Below are positions 11,511 to 23,056 of a DNA stretch of 64,000 bases, piece after piece. A program made the position numbers and the translations under genes. The stretch is from Takakia lepidozioides (Eukaryota > Plantae > Bryophyta), in the NCBI GenBank assembly GCA_030704615.1, contig CM060734.1, positions 58,962,001-59,026,000 on the forward strand. Reading direction: 5' to 3'. The notes under the pieces were generated by a model, which searched no databases, was not told the origin of the DNA, and saw only the letters and a list, made by a program, of their open reading frames with translations. Positions within the stretch are counted from its first letter, which is position 1. Each line of letters starts with the position of its first letter.

Positions 11511-13235
11511 AATGATGTTTTCTTGGAAAGACACGAGTGTCTTTCTTCTTTCATTGATCTGTGTAGCTTCTCAGATCATCCACCATTTCCTGAGAGTATT
11601 GACCATGATGTACTGTTGAGTCATAGAGGATTGGTCATAGACGCCTGTTTGGTCATAGGCCAACTCCTTCCCACCACGAGAACTAAACAGGGCCACTCAC
11701 CCCGTCAGTCCAATGCGACCGAATCATGCCGCTGCAGCGGAAGAGAAAACGACATGGGTGGCCTCACCCGACTTTCACTTGACACATGCTTCATCCCCTA
11801 AGTGACTCCCTGTTCATTTGTGCATGATTGCGCGAGATACCATCCCGTGTAGGCCATGTGTCCAAGCACCTGCACTTGGCCATCCCTCACTAAGCTACAC
11901 CACGTTCAACGGTTGTAATCTAATCAATGCTTCCCTAGATTCCCTGCAGGCAGTCCTCATGACTCAATCTCTGCCCACAGTGACGATTCACAGTTCGACG
12001 ATGTTGTCTAGATGCTCGCGCTCGGTACACCTTAGTGGTTGATTTCAATCATGTTCTAAACTAGTCTCTCATGCACTCTCAAGGCCGTCATTTCTGAGCT
12101 ATTTCTACATATTCAGTACTCTGAGATCTATCTGAACCTTGCTCACAACATACAGGGTCCACGCTATGCAATGACTGCGCAAAGACAGGTGACACATCGT
12201 GTACAAATCTACTGTTTCCACTTCTCTCATTGCTTTATAATACATGACTTTTATACAACCCATGATCAGATTCACTCGGTGGCTAAGTGACCAATCCCGT
12301 TGCTAATTCTCTCACACAATCCACGGTATTTACTGCTCCACATCTCCACGTTGCGTTCTCTTGGTCTACAATCTGTTTTGGTCTAAAACAGTCTCAGTGT
12401 GGCCACCTCGGTTGGTCTCTAACTACCCAGACTCTGGTGGGACAGCACTTCTTCATCCAAACAGACTTGGATCCTTATTACTGGTACTCAGGATAGCATA
12501 CTGGTACCAATGGGCTTGAAGGCTTTTCTTTCGATTTTGTAGAAGGGTACAGTGGGATACTGACCTGGGTTTTGAGAGAAAATTGGGGTGGGGTGAGAGA
12601 ACTTCAGGTCATGATGAAGGGCATTCTGCTGGCAGCAATGAGAATAGCAATTTTGTTGAGAGGAGAGAGATTCAGGATGACATGGTGGGTTTAAATTTTA
12701 CCAAGGATTTCCATGAGAGTGGGGGTGTTGGGAGTGTTTACAGTATGGACCCTTTGAGGGCACATTTTAGGAGACGAAGGGTGCTGATCAGAGCAGTACC
12801 AGTGGTTACTATACTTTGCCTTCAATAACTGTTGTTCAGACCAGAGGAAGGAAGCAGTATGAAGCAGCCCATAGCCAAAACATATCATCATCTGATTCCA
12901 GCAAAGGGAAACAGATATTATCAGCAGAGACAACCACCCCTGAGAAGGAGAGCTCCAGCAGCAAAAGGAAAGAAGAAGCCATGGAGCATGAGGTGAGCTC
13001 TGACAGCAATGAAGAGCACAGCAGGAGAGACCTGAATGCAAGGACACCTGTTGGCACTGTGAGTTGAGCAAAGGACATAGGAGAATGCCCTCGTGTCAAC
13101 AGATCCACGCACTGTTTCCAGGGGAGACATCAAGAAAGTTATGGTTGACTCCAACCAATGTGGAGCAAGAGGCTCTGATTAAAGAAGCTGATCAGTGGGT
13201 GGGGACGTCAGAGTCCTGCCAGCCATGACAAACCA

Positions 13236-14217
13236 TTGCTCATATCGAAGGAAGAACTGCAGCAGGACGTTTTAGATGATGTTGAGGTGATGCATCTTCT
13301 AACCTTTGGACAACCCAATGACTACTTGGACAAGGGGGAGAGAAAAAGGGTCATGAAAAGGGGCAGCAAATATACATATCTGAAAGGTGATGTTTTCATT
13401 GAAGGGAAGTTGGTACCTGCCAAACGGAAAAGAAACTCAATTATCAGGGAGATTCACTCCGCAATGGGACATTTTGGCATCAGGAGAACACATGAGGAGG
13501 TCTCTCGTAGATACTTCTGGCATAACTGCACTGAACAGATCCGCAGCATGCTGCTAGTGCCACCAATGTCAGAGTGCGAAGACCCAAGGTATAAGGTCTG
13601 GATCTTCTAGGCTGAATAGTATACCAGTTGTTGATCTCTTCCACAGGGGGCTCTGGATACAGCAGGACCAACCGAAAACCATTCGTGGCAACAAGTATGT
13701 CCTGGTGGCAATTGACCACTATTTGAAGGGGGTGGATGCAGCACCTGTGTCTGATCACTCATCACTTCTCACGGCAAGATTCCTGGAAGAAGAAATAATC
13801 AGCAGGTATGGATGCCCCCATTTCATTCTCACTGATAACGGTACAGAATGGAAGAGAAATTTAAACCAAGTATGCACAAAGTATGGCATCAAAAGGGATC
13901 ACAGTGCCCCTTATTGGCCACAGTGTAATGGAATGGTAGAGAGGGTAATTAAATCTCTCAAAAGGAGCATTACAACGCTGGTGGAAAACAGTTCTGATTG
14001 GGACAGTAACATGTACCAAGCACTCATGGGCTACAGAATGGGAGTTCAAGCCACTACAAATTTTTCTCCTTATCAGATCTTGACAGGGACAGAACCAAGG
14101 TTGGGCATTGACAAAAAATTGAGGAAGCTGTTGGAACCAGTAGAGGAGAGTGACTGCCCTCAGGCCATGTCCAAAATGATGATGGACAAAGTGCTGTTTC
14201 TTGTGCCGGGCACATGA
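13236..14217 (+). mobile_element. Ty3/gypsy integrase remnant
   Basis: HSAMGHFG..RRYFW zinc-binding region and rve core (AIDHY, ILTDNGTEW, PQCNGMVER, FSPYQILTG); frameshifted. Confidence 0.88.
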
Positions 14218-14540
14218 GCAGTTCGCTGCAGCCTAATAACCCCTGGGCGAGGAATAAGAGTTACTAAGAAATAAGTCCAATTTATTTGCACTAGCCAGCA
14301 AAATATTTAGGGCTTGAGGACTTCCAAGCAAGATAGGTTTTAAGGATTAGGGTATGGGTTGTTTTTATTTATTTATTTTTTAAGAAAGAGGTTTATATTT
14401 AAGGGGGATATAAATTATCCCTGGGGGGGGGGGGGGGGGGTTGATTGAATTGTGGTTTATGTAGGAGGATGTTGAACTTGTTATTATACTTTGTGTTCTC
14501 TTTTTTCTTCCACAAAGGTCTCCCACATCGTGTCTATCAA

Positions 14541-14672
14541 GGTAGCCCAGTGGTTCGATGTTTGTGCCTGGCATGTGCATAAACTAGGTGATCTTGGGTT
14601 CAATCCTTCAAGTGGTTCGATGTTTGGGCCTTGCATGTGCATAACCTAGGTGATCTTGGGTTCAATCCTTCA
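14541..14672 (+). repeat. Tandemly duplicated ~62-bp tRNA-like/SINE-like unit
   Basis: A-box-like TAGCCCAGTGG and B-box-like GGTTCAATCC; unit repeated twice; no convincing cloverleaf. Confidence 0.4.
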
Positions 14673-14799
14673 ACATGTATCTTCAAACCATCCATTGGGC
14701 CCTCGATAGCCTGTGTGTTGAGCAGTAGGCTTGGTAAATTCGATGGACGTTAAAGAAACTTTATCTTTATCAATCCCAAAAAAGGGAAAACAAACTTTA

Positions 14800-15480
14800 T
14801 TTCCGAAATATGACGAATCAAGTCTTTTGTCAAAATCTCTTCCCACTCTTTTTGCAATGTTGGCCTACGTAGAGACCAAACTTGGAGGACTTGGTGGAAA
14901 GCAAGAGCCTCGACAATGCACTCATTGGGACATTATAGAAGGGGAGATATGGCATACAAGTTTGATATGAGGGATAGGAAATTTATTCAAGCTTATCAAA
15001 TGCCCTTTAAAAGCTTTATGTTCTTGGTTACGGAGTTTGAACCATGGATCAAGTCACGCGCTCACATGTTTATAAGGCAACCATTGGAGGTTCGCAAGAT
15101 TTTGTTGGGCTTCTCTTGTATCGATTTGCCCATGGCACAAGTGCAACCCAAATGGCTAACACGTTTGGTTTGGGAGCAATATCGACAATCAAAAAGTATA
15201 TGGACCTTGTTGTCAATGTACTTATTGATGACCACAAACTATTGGTCTCCCACATCTCCATACCTCATGGAGATCGACTTCATATGATTATTGTAGTGTT
15301 TGAAGATGCTGGCGGATTTCCCAATGTGTGTGGTTCCATAGACGACACCCATATTATTTTGGATGAGAATCCCAGCAAGAGAGTAACTGCAGTACCAGCA
15401 AACTATTATTGTGGCAAGAAGAGCACTAACTGTGTGGTCCTCCAAGCTGTATGTGACATGGATAAGATATTTTGGAATGT
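14800..15480 (+). mobile_element. PIF/Harbinger transposase (DDE_Tnp_4-like) fragment
   Basis: LLYRFAHG..MANTFGLG (HTH), GFPNVCGSIDDTHI, YYCGKKSTNCVVLQAVCD; truncated and frameshifted. Confidence 0.85.
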
Positions 15481-15512
15481 TGAACAAAAATTGAACCAAG
15501 CTCCTCCTCTTT

Positions 15513-16140
15513 TTAGTATAGGGGGTGTCTAGGGGTTTGTCGATTATTTATAAAATTCTTGAGGCCTCCGCCCCTCTTTGGGGGGCGCATCCTGCCCAAG
15601 CGGCTCGCTTGTCCCCGTGAGGCCCCACGTAAGTGGCCCCCACCCAATCTACCTCCTAGGCGGCCCGCGGCAGCCGGGACGGTTCTTTTGAGGCCCAGAG
15701 AGAGATGACTCCGGCCGAGGCCAACGTAACTAAGAGCCACTTCGCCTTACGGCTACTGCCCCCTTTCAAGGATGGGCCATATAAAAGCTAGTGGGTGCCC
15801 AGAGGGCACCCTGTAACCCAGGGGCAAGCAGAAGGGAATCCCAGGGGGGGGCCCTGGGGTGTCCGTGGTGACAAAAGGCCAAGGGAGTGTGGTTTTCAAG
15901 CTGTCTTTTGTTAGTGATAGTAGCAGTGAGGGAGTGTAGCGCATTCAGGTGGATATCTTTGAAGCATTTATGGATATGGGTGATAGGAAGATTAAAGTTA
16001 TTGTGGAGGGTAGAGATACTGGCATTGTGAATGCCACCTCGGGTGCCGGCCGTAATGACCGTGAGAGGGCCTGTGGACCAGCCATGGCGGCAAATGGCTA
16101 AAATGAGTGGGGCATGCTTTTGGCGTTTTTCCAATATCTT
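15513..16140 (-). mobile_element. Possible 3' end of an RLE-type non-LTR retrotransposon plus GC-rich 3' UTR
   Basis: QKHAPLILAICRHGWSTGPLTVITAGTRGGIH resembles the KY..L....GW....i.vG.rG C-terminus of restriction-like endonucleases. Confidence 0.4.
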
Positions 16141-16149
16141 GCTAGGGAA

Positions 16150-17170
16150 GATCCTTCTGTAAATTCAAGGTATGACAGTCCACAAGATTACCTGGCTCCA
16201 CTACGTGGCTTTGTGCAGCCATGTACTGTCATAAATTAATCGATGAAGGGCTTGATGTGGCCAGTTGTTTTCGTCTCTTTCCCCTAGGGAAGCAATACAA
16301 GTGGGTCAGAATTCCAAATCTCCAACCATCTAACGTTCTGCTCAAACGATGTAGCTTTTCATTGTTCATCTCTGGATTGGTATTGTTGTTCCAGTGGTTT
16401 CATTAACCTCGTTCAAGAATTGAAGCCCAAAGGCAGGGTCAGCTACTCTCAGATGTCTCACAAAAGCGCTCATGATCTTCTTCCGAGTCTCATTCATCTT
16501 TAACTTCATTGCTTCAGCCACTCCTTTCGATGTTCTCATCCCCTCGGGGGTTTTTAAGTAGTACTCTGTTTTAGCCCTCTCCCCAGCCTCCGTTATCTCT
16601 TGCTCCAAAAACCAATCCGAAATCAGATAACAGAATAATTTGAATGGTACTATAAAATAGAAGTGCTTAGTGATGATATACTAAAACGTGTACATGTACT
16701 CCATGAATGCTCCCATTGTACGCTTGTACCATGTGTCCGACGTTTTGGAGGTCTGGCATTTCGTGAAGGCTTCTGGGCTAAGGATACTCTTGAGGGGCAT
16801 TTGGCCAACATTTTGGATCTTGAAAAACGGTCCGTGTGTACCAGGTTCGTTGTAACATGAGCGGTTTCAGTTCCCCTGCCACAAGCAGTGGTATATCATC
16901 ACATGTAGATGAGATGATTCCCGAACACATAGATGAGGGAAAGAGTCAGGTTATTATAGGAAAGACACTTACTTGTTTATGCCATGCATTGCTGTCAAGA
17001 GCGCAGTGATGTTTCCCTTGGGATCCAGCATCATTGAGGCCACGCAATAGGGCCACTCCTCCTCAGTGCTATGATAACTCGAGAGATGTTATGGTAGGCA
17101 AGCAATCGGTGGTTGTCATCCCAGACATGGAACATCTTGCCTGAGAAAGGCTGGGTAACAACCCTCTTGC
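16150..17170 (-). pseudogene. Degraded homolog of the MULE ParB-like cargo gene
   Basis: KMFHVWDDNHRLLAY, MLDPKGNITALLTAMHGINK and EITEAGERAKTEYYLKTPEGMRTSKGV.. align to exons at 34849-36334, with the same intron positions after ..INK and ..YMY. Confidence 0.8.
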
Positions 17171-17179
17171 AAATAATTG

Positions 17180-17691
17180 ATTCATCGAAGTCGTTTGTAA
17201 ATGTGGGTGCTCTCTCTGTCTATTGAGGTAGATTTAGTTGAATTCGTAGTGTCGTAGTAAATTGGTCGCTCTTCAGTGGCCTTAAGAATCTCCTTTATGA
17301 TCTCTGTGTCGTCATAGGTGGACATGGATAACATATTCAATTAGAGATTTGAAGGTTTCAAGATGATGGATTTCTGTTGGTCGAAAGTTGTCTCCATTTT
17401 TTTCGGCGCAAGATACGATCATCGAAAAAGAGCATCGGGTTTCTCTTGAAGATGTCTAGGGCGATAGGTAATAACAAAATCAAACCTTGCTAGTGACATA
17501 CCCCATCTTGCTTGACGGCGATTCAAAACACGAGCCAATATTCCAGGTTTTTGTGATCGCCAATAGATGAGGCCACTACTCAACAGCATCGATGATTGCT
17601 AGAAGGTTTTGGTCATGGATTTCATAATTGATCTGTGCAAATTTACGAGAACGAAAACCAACGGGGTGAAGTCAACCATCCGTACCGTATT
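17180..17691 (-). mobile_element. Ty3/gypsy (Tf2/Tcn1-like) RNase H remnant; continuation of the element at 52109-53708
   Basis: [51 protein letters not shown]. Joins GAILSQ at 52109 once the insert is removed. Confidence 0.85.
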
Positions 17692-19427
17692 AACTAGATT
17701 TTAAGTAAATGTAGACTTTCAAAAGTCCAGAATTATAAATATATATAGATTTATTGATTTATTTAAATTGAATAAAAATTCAATGTGAAAACAAATTTAA
17801 ATGATTTTATTAAGTTTATTGTAGTAGATGTTTAGTAAATATTGTTCTTCCCAGAGAATCCATACCCTGATCACATCCCTAAGAAAGGGAAATATCCGTA
17901 AGAAAGCCTAGTTTTCTACAGTTTCAACGGATAGCATGAGAGACCTCCTGTCAATCAAAGTTGCTTCATTTTTTTAATATTAGCCTACAAAAAAATGCCA
18001 AACATTGTCACTCCAGAAGTACATGAGAATTATGACTGCTGTCCCAAATGGAGATCTCCCGATCTATGATTAGAACATAGTAAAATAGAAAACAGCCCGT
18101 CGAGATACGTCCCAACATGTCCAGAGTAATTTATTAGAGCATCACCAAACCAAATTTGTACAGCCATTGAGGTCCTTGGCTATGGGCACTAATCAACCAT
18201 CACCATCCCATAGGACCCAAAACCATAGTCTTCGACGCAAACAATACTGAACATAGTCTCTATAGAAGCCAATTCATTCGAAACAGTTCGGCTCCAATGC
18301 ATCAGCCCTTCGACAGGACTGTTTATCTCTATCTATCATCGTCCTCGAGTCTCAGCCCTTCGACAGGACTGTCTTTCTCTGTCTATCATCGTCCTCCAGT
18401 CTCAGACCCGTTCCTCAAAAGCGTCATCCATAAAATAAGAACCACCTTGCGGATTCCAAGGTCACAGGCAAGGCCGTGAAACCGGTATTCTTCATTCATG
18501 TAAGTCATAGCTCCACACACAAAACACATGCGGACCAGGACAGACGGGAGGTCTTCCCTCCCAATTAGTGATACCCATCAGGCATAGTCAAATTAAAATG
18601 AGAGGTAAACATGCACATGATACAACAACCCACCAAAGCCAGAAGAGAATGAGGGGTCTCACAAGAACAAGCACAAATAGAAAGGCAAAGAGGGAGGAGT
18701 CTCCCGCCCTTACTACCGCTCTCTAGTCTAAAAGACTCTGACGGGTGTAATGACGAAACCAAAACATGCACCTAGTCAGGTAGGGCGGATCTCCGTGGTG
18801 ATACCTCTCATCGACATGAGTTGAGTAAGTAGATTCCAAAAACCGAACAAAGAGTACACAGAGAACACAGAGCCAGCCATGGTAGCCATCGCTCTGGACA
18901 TGAAATGAATAAAAAACAATGAACCATTTGGATTCATAATTTGCGCTTAGAGAATAGCGTCATTGTCACTATACTTTATTTACAATATCCCAACTGGTGG
19001 AAGACTGTCACCCGACTAGTAAGACGGTAAGGGGGGGTAGTGGATTCTACTCTCATCCCAGATCTCCCTAGATGGAAATTCCATTGACCGTGCATCTGTT
19101 TGAGGGCGTTGTGCTCGCCGACAGATCTCCTCCTCAGAAATACTCATATACCCAGAGACCCTCCTGGCCTATTGGTGTGGTATGTCCATCCTTCTTCTTG
19201 TCGGATGTTGACTTCATATGATGCTTGGCCTTGACTGGAACAAATAAACCAATCCATGAGACAAATCAGTATACTTTCCAGATTCATGGTGCACAGCAAG
19301 GACGAGAGACTTCCCGTGCTTATTGACCCATTCTAACCTCTTAACCTACTACTCCAAGACCATCGGTTGACATAAAAAGAAGAAGTTGAAAGCAAAGAGG
19401 TGGGAACATACCTAAAAACACAAAGGG

Positions 19428-20274
19428 TTAGTAATCCCTAGGGGATTTGCATATCTCGCTAGCCAAATCAATCAGGGGGTGAGAGCTATCGACAGGCATC
19501 TGAACATTTGCACACTTCCAGTAATTCTCCTCCATGTACTCTTGAACTGTCGGAGATGACATGATGCCAGAAAGGAATGGCCATAAAGCCTCAACAAGAT
19601 CCTCAACAAAAGAATCTTGTCCCTCCTTGACGATCGGCGTTAGAGTGCCATCAAAGGATCTCGGGTAAAAATCAGTGTTCAAAGGGTTCATCAGGGCTTT
19701 GGTGGGCTCATCATCAACAAAAAGCGTTGGCCTTTTAGGCTGTAGGGCTTACAACTTCTCCCGAAGTGTTCCCAAAGACCAACATTGTCTTTAACGTAGA
19801 ACGGCTGTGTTGAGGTGATGTAGGCAGGAAGCTTGGTGCAAGTATCCCGACACCAAATAAAGCAAAATTTCCTGACCATATCCTTCGGGAGAAGATATGC
19901 AAGAAGAGCCTCACACCATAGGCTGAACTCCACAGGCCATATACCACATGGTAATGGTTGAACGCAAGTTCAAGAAATTCCAGAAGAACCGGACGAGGAA
20001 CGACATTGTCCCAATCGTAGGGAATTTTGGCATGAGGGAAATGTTCAAGGAACCTTGAGAGAATATATGGTTTGCATTGACAACCGTGTAGGATAGCCAG
20101 TAGACAGAAATTAATTCGAATTGTGATCAAACGGCTTGGGTTTGGTTTATAGCACAATAAACCAACAACACTCAGAATGATTAACTTTCTTTGACCTCCA
20201 GAGGAGGCCGTCACTCGTGTCTTCTGGCACAAGAGATTTGTTGCCGCGCTCGCTCGAAAATGGTCATAACCCAT
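19428..20274 (-). pseudogene. FCP1/NIF-like HAD phosphatase domain (TE cargo), frameshifted, catalytic DxDx motif absent
   Basis: KLIILSVVGLL, VVPRPVLLEFLELAFNHYHVV, FIWCRDTC, NPLNTDFYPRSFDG. Confidence 0.65.
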
Positions 20275-20459
20275 CTGTCAAGATTCGACGGTTAGCTTTG
20301 GATGTGACCATCGGCAGCTATATTACTGATGTGCAGTAAAGTAGGAGATGAATCTAGAATTTATGGCGACTTAAACAAAACCGAGTCTGTGCTTCGGGAA
20401 ATAAGTCAAAATTATATAAGTGGGAAGGAAGGGACGGGAGGTCTTCCGTCCAAATACCT

Positions 20460-22385
20460 CTTTGTCAATTTCGGCGGCGGACACATCCCCGAATGATCTT
20501 TGGGCTTGGTTTCGTCTTCCACCTTCTCTCTGCTGACATACAAGGACGATTAGTTAGGTCTCAACTGAATGCAATCAAGAATGATATACAATTGACTTTC
20601 AGGTGCAAACACAAACTGGAATGACTAAGTGGAATGGTAGCGCACACCTCGGTGGAATTCTCCATTGCTTCCTCATTGCTTTGTCTGTCGAGTGATTCTC
20701 TCCGGATACTTCCTCGGGCCTTGCTTCCTATGTCTCTTCTTCGCCGCTGAAACATAACGACGTCTCGTTAGAGGCAGCAAGACGATGAAATCGGTGCTGT
20801 GTAAGGTGAGAAAGTATAATGAGAGAGAACGCCTCTACAAGATTCTTCGACGCCGCGCCACGTGCTCCTACAATTGATTTGAAACAAATACATGAGGATC
20901 GAAGATAGGGAACAAAAGAGCCTAAATCAATTGTAAGGAAGAGCAAGGTGATCAATGGGTACCAAACCTCTCTCTGACTGGGGTTCTCTCAAAAGCCTCC
21001 GAAGGATTTCTTGCTAGTGCCTCTGCAGCAGCGGTGATATCATTCTCTCCAAAGTCTTCAACCCGATCCTCATTAACGTTCAACTGCCCTGATGCTGAGG
21101 TATTCCCAAAAGAAGAGGACGCGAGACCTCCCATGCCCACCCTTGATGGAGAGGAATTAACAATAGAAAACCTCCACCCATCTTATGCAAATACTTCCGA
21201 AGACAACAAACGGTCGAAGGGGTACAATAGCCGTCACAATTGCCCTCAACCCATTCAACGACACCATCCGTGAGCACTCCTTCGGCGAGGGAGGAATGCT
21301 AACACCAGTAGGGAGCTCCATTTCCAATGTCTACGTCTGTGGGATGTGGTCGATGGAGGACAGCTATGACTGCCTTAAAGTGTCAGGGTTTTGAACGAGA
21401 TCTTGTGGTTTCGCAGATTGTGATGTCCTCAGTTATGGGGAATTGTGCTGGCAACGGATTGGAGGAAGTGTCAATGAGCTCTGTATCGCTAACACCATGA
21501 AGTAGTTGTGGAGTGGGAAGCTCTGTTTTCCATTGTTCTTGTCTGGGTCTGGGACTGGGTGACGTTCTCCACTGTAGACAGTGTGTTGATTGGCCTCAGA
21601 TTTGCATCGTCTCTTTCGGCGACTGGTTGGTGTTGGTTCCTGCAGCTGTGATGTCCTCGGTTACTGGGAGTCTTGTGTGGACGTAAAAAAGTTTGAGGGA
21701 CTGTGGGGACCAGGTGTTTCCACCAGGAGGCGACGACAGCATGGGTTGCAGTGCTGGGCCGCGGAGCCCTGGAGAACGGGAGACCTCCCGTGATAAGGTC
21801 TGCGGAAAGAACGTAGTCGACTTGACTGGGTGTCATCTAGAAAAGTCCGATATCGCGAGAAGCCTATCCCCACCTGTATATTGGACTTGGGAAGTAAAGT
21901 CAATGGAGGCATTCGTTGGCCCTCCAGAATGCAATGCTGACTCAACCCGTTGACCACTCGTCCTCATAATATTGATAATAATCTCCTGTGCATGCCCGCA
22001 TTGACTCGCACTCTTGCATCGATCTGAGGATTATATAGTTGGCGAGTTGAGATATTCGGGGGCCTCGAGGTTATTGGTTCCGGGGAGAACTGAAGCGTAT
22101 CGCCCATCGTCCGCCGGCCTCTGGCTTGCCCGTCTGGTGAAATATTTTCAGACTCCACGTCGCGTACATGCACTCCAGTCGAATGCTGGATAAATGGGTT
22201 CTGAAATGGGCTCTGCTGCACGCCGTTGGATTTAGTCTCATTGTCATCTTCATCTTCCTCCAAGTACACAGGTCTATTTTATGGCTGTATCTGGTTGCGT
22301 TAGTAAATCCTTTCGAGAGTTGGTGTCGTGGGACATTTGTGACCTCTCCTGGCGACCTTGACTTCTTTCAGAACCACTTCAATTT
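20460..22385 (-). pseudogene. Low-complexity cargo ORF fragments upstream of the FCP1-like domain
   Basis: Series of S/P/E/T-rich partial ORFs (21964-22269, 21489-21957, 20952-21277, 20561-20755) in one orientation, with stops. Confidence 0.4.
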
Positions 22386-23056
22386 TTGAATTTAATTCAA
22401 GCCCTGAAATCGCTTGCAGAGACTCCACGAGGTTTGCTTGATAGAGTTTACAGTGTGTGCGAGATTGGAAACAGGGCTCGGGAGATTGGGACGGTGGCAA
22501 TGTTTGCCACAAAAGCATTTGAAGGTATTTCGTTCATCATGATCAGCATATTGAATGAACGTCCAGACAAGATCGAGCCTTGGACAGAGAATGAGTTCGC
22601 CGACCTCTTCAATGGCATGAGGTCAAGAAAAATCAGGACAAACGTATTTTGTGTCATCACTGATACTGATAGCTCTCGTGAGCTGATAGCGTACATTCAA
22701 TCCACAAAGGGGAAATTCCTTATAGAGACGAGCTTCTACATTCCATCGACGAGGGAGATTTTTTTCAAGACAAGGAATTTGAGACTCCAGAATTTATTTC
22801 CATTTCATTTTTCCGATGGTAGACGAGGATGGACAACGTGGACGAGGTCGTGCGGAGGAGCATCACAGCCGACAATCGATACATCCCAAGAGTGCTACAT
22901 ACAGAGGCGAAAAAATATGAAAATCCTCTGCAAAGTCGCTACTACAACAATGAGATCCGATCATTGGCCATCGACCAGGTCGTTGAGACATTCTGTCCGG
23001 AGGGCTCTTCCGTTGTCAATGTGTATTGTGGCGGGATTGTCACATACTCGCTTCTG
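22386..23056 (+). pseudogene. Degenerate amino-MTase-like C-terminal domain, probably the displaced 3' part of the ParB-like gene at 46107-48600
   Basis: NEIRSLAIDQVVETFCPEGSSVVNVYCGG resembles motif X-I (li..fs.pG..VlD.F.G) of beta-class N6/N4 MTases. Followed by a GT donor and intronic palindromes. Confidence 0.45.

Larger units (their letters stand above)
959..12428. repeat. Large inverted repeat: arms ~959-6373 and ~6769-12428, spacer ~400 bp
   Basis: gggtagttagagaccaaccgaggtg (959) is the reverse complement of cacctcggttggtctctaactaccc (12404-12428). Similarity continues through the 3' flanks, PPR exon and PDF units. Confidence 0.93.

Noticed and set aside
959-12428. Whole inverted repeat as a fold-back read artefact
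   Set aside because: Arms differ by substitutions, unit numbers and unique insertions, and have a unique spacer; only the indels look artefactual.
14541-14672. Functional tRNA gene
   Set aside because: No consistent cloverleaf or acceptor stem; tandemly duplicated.
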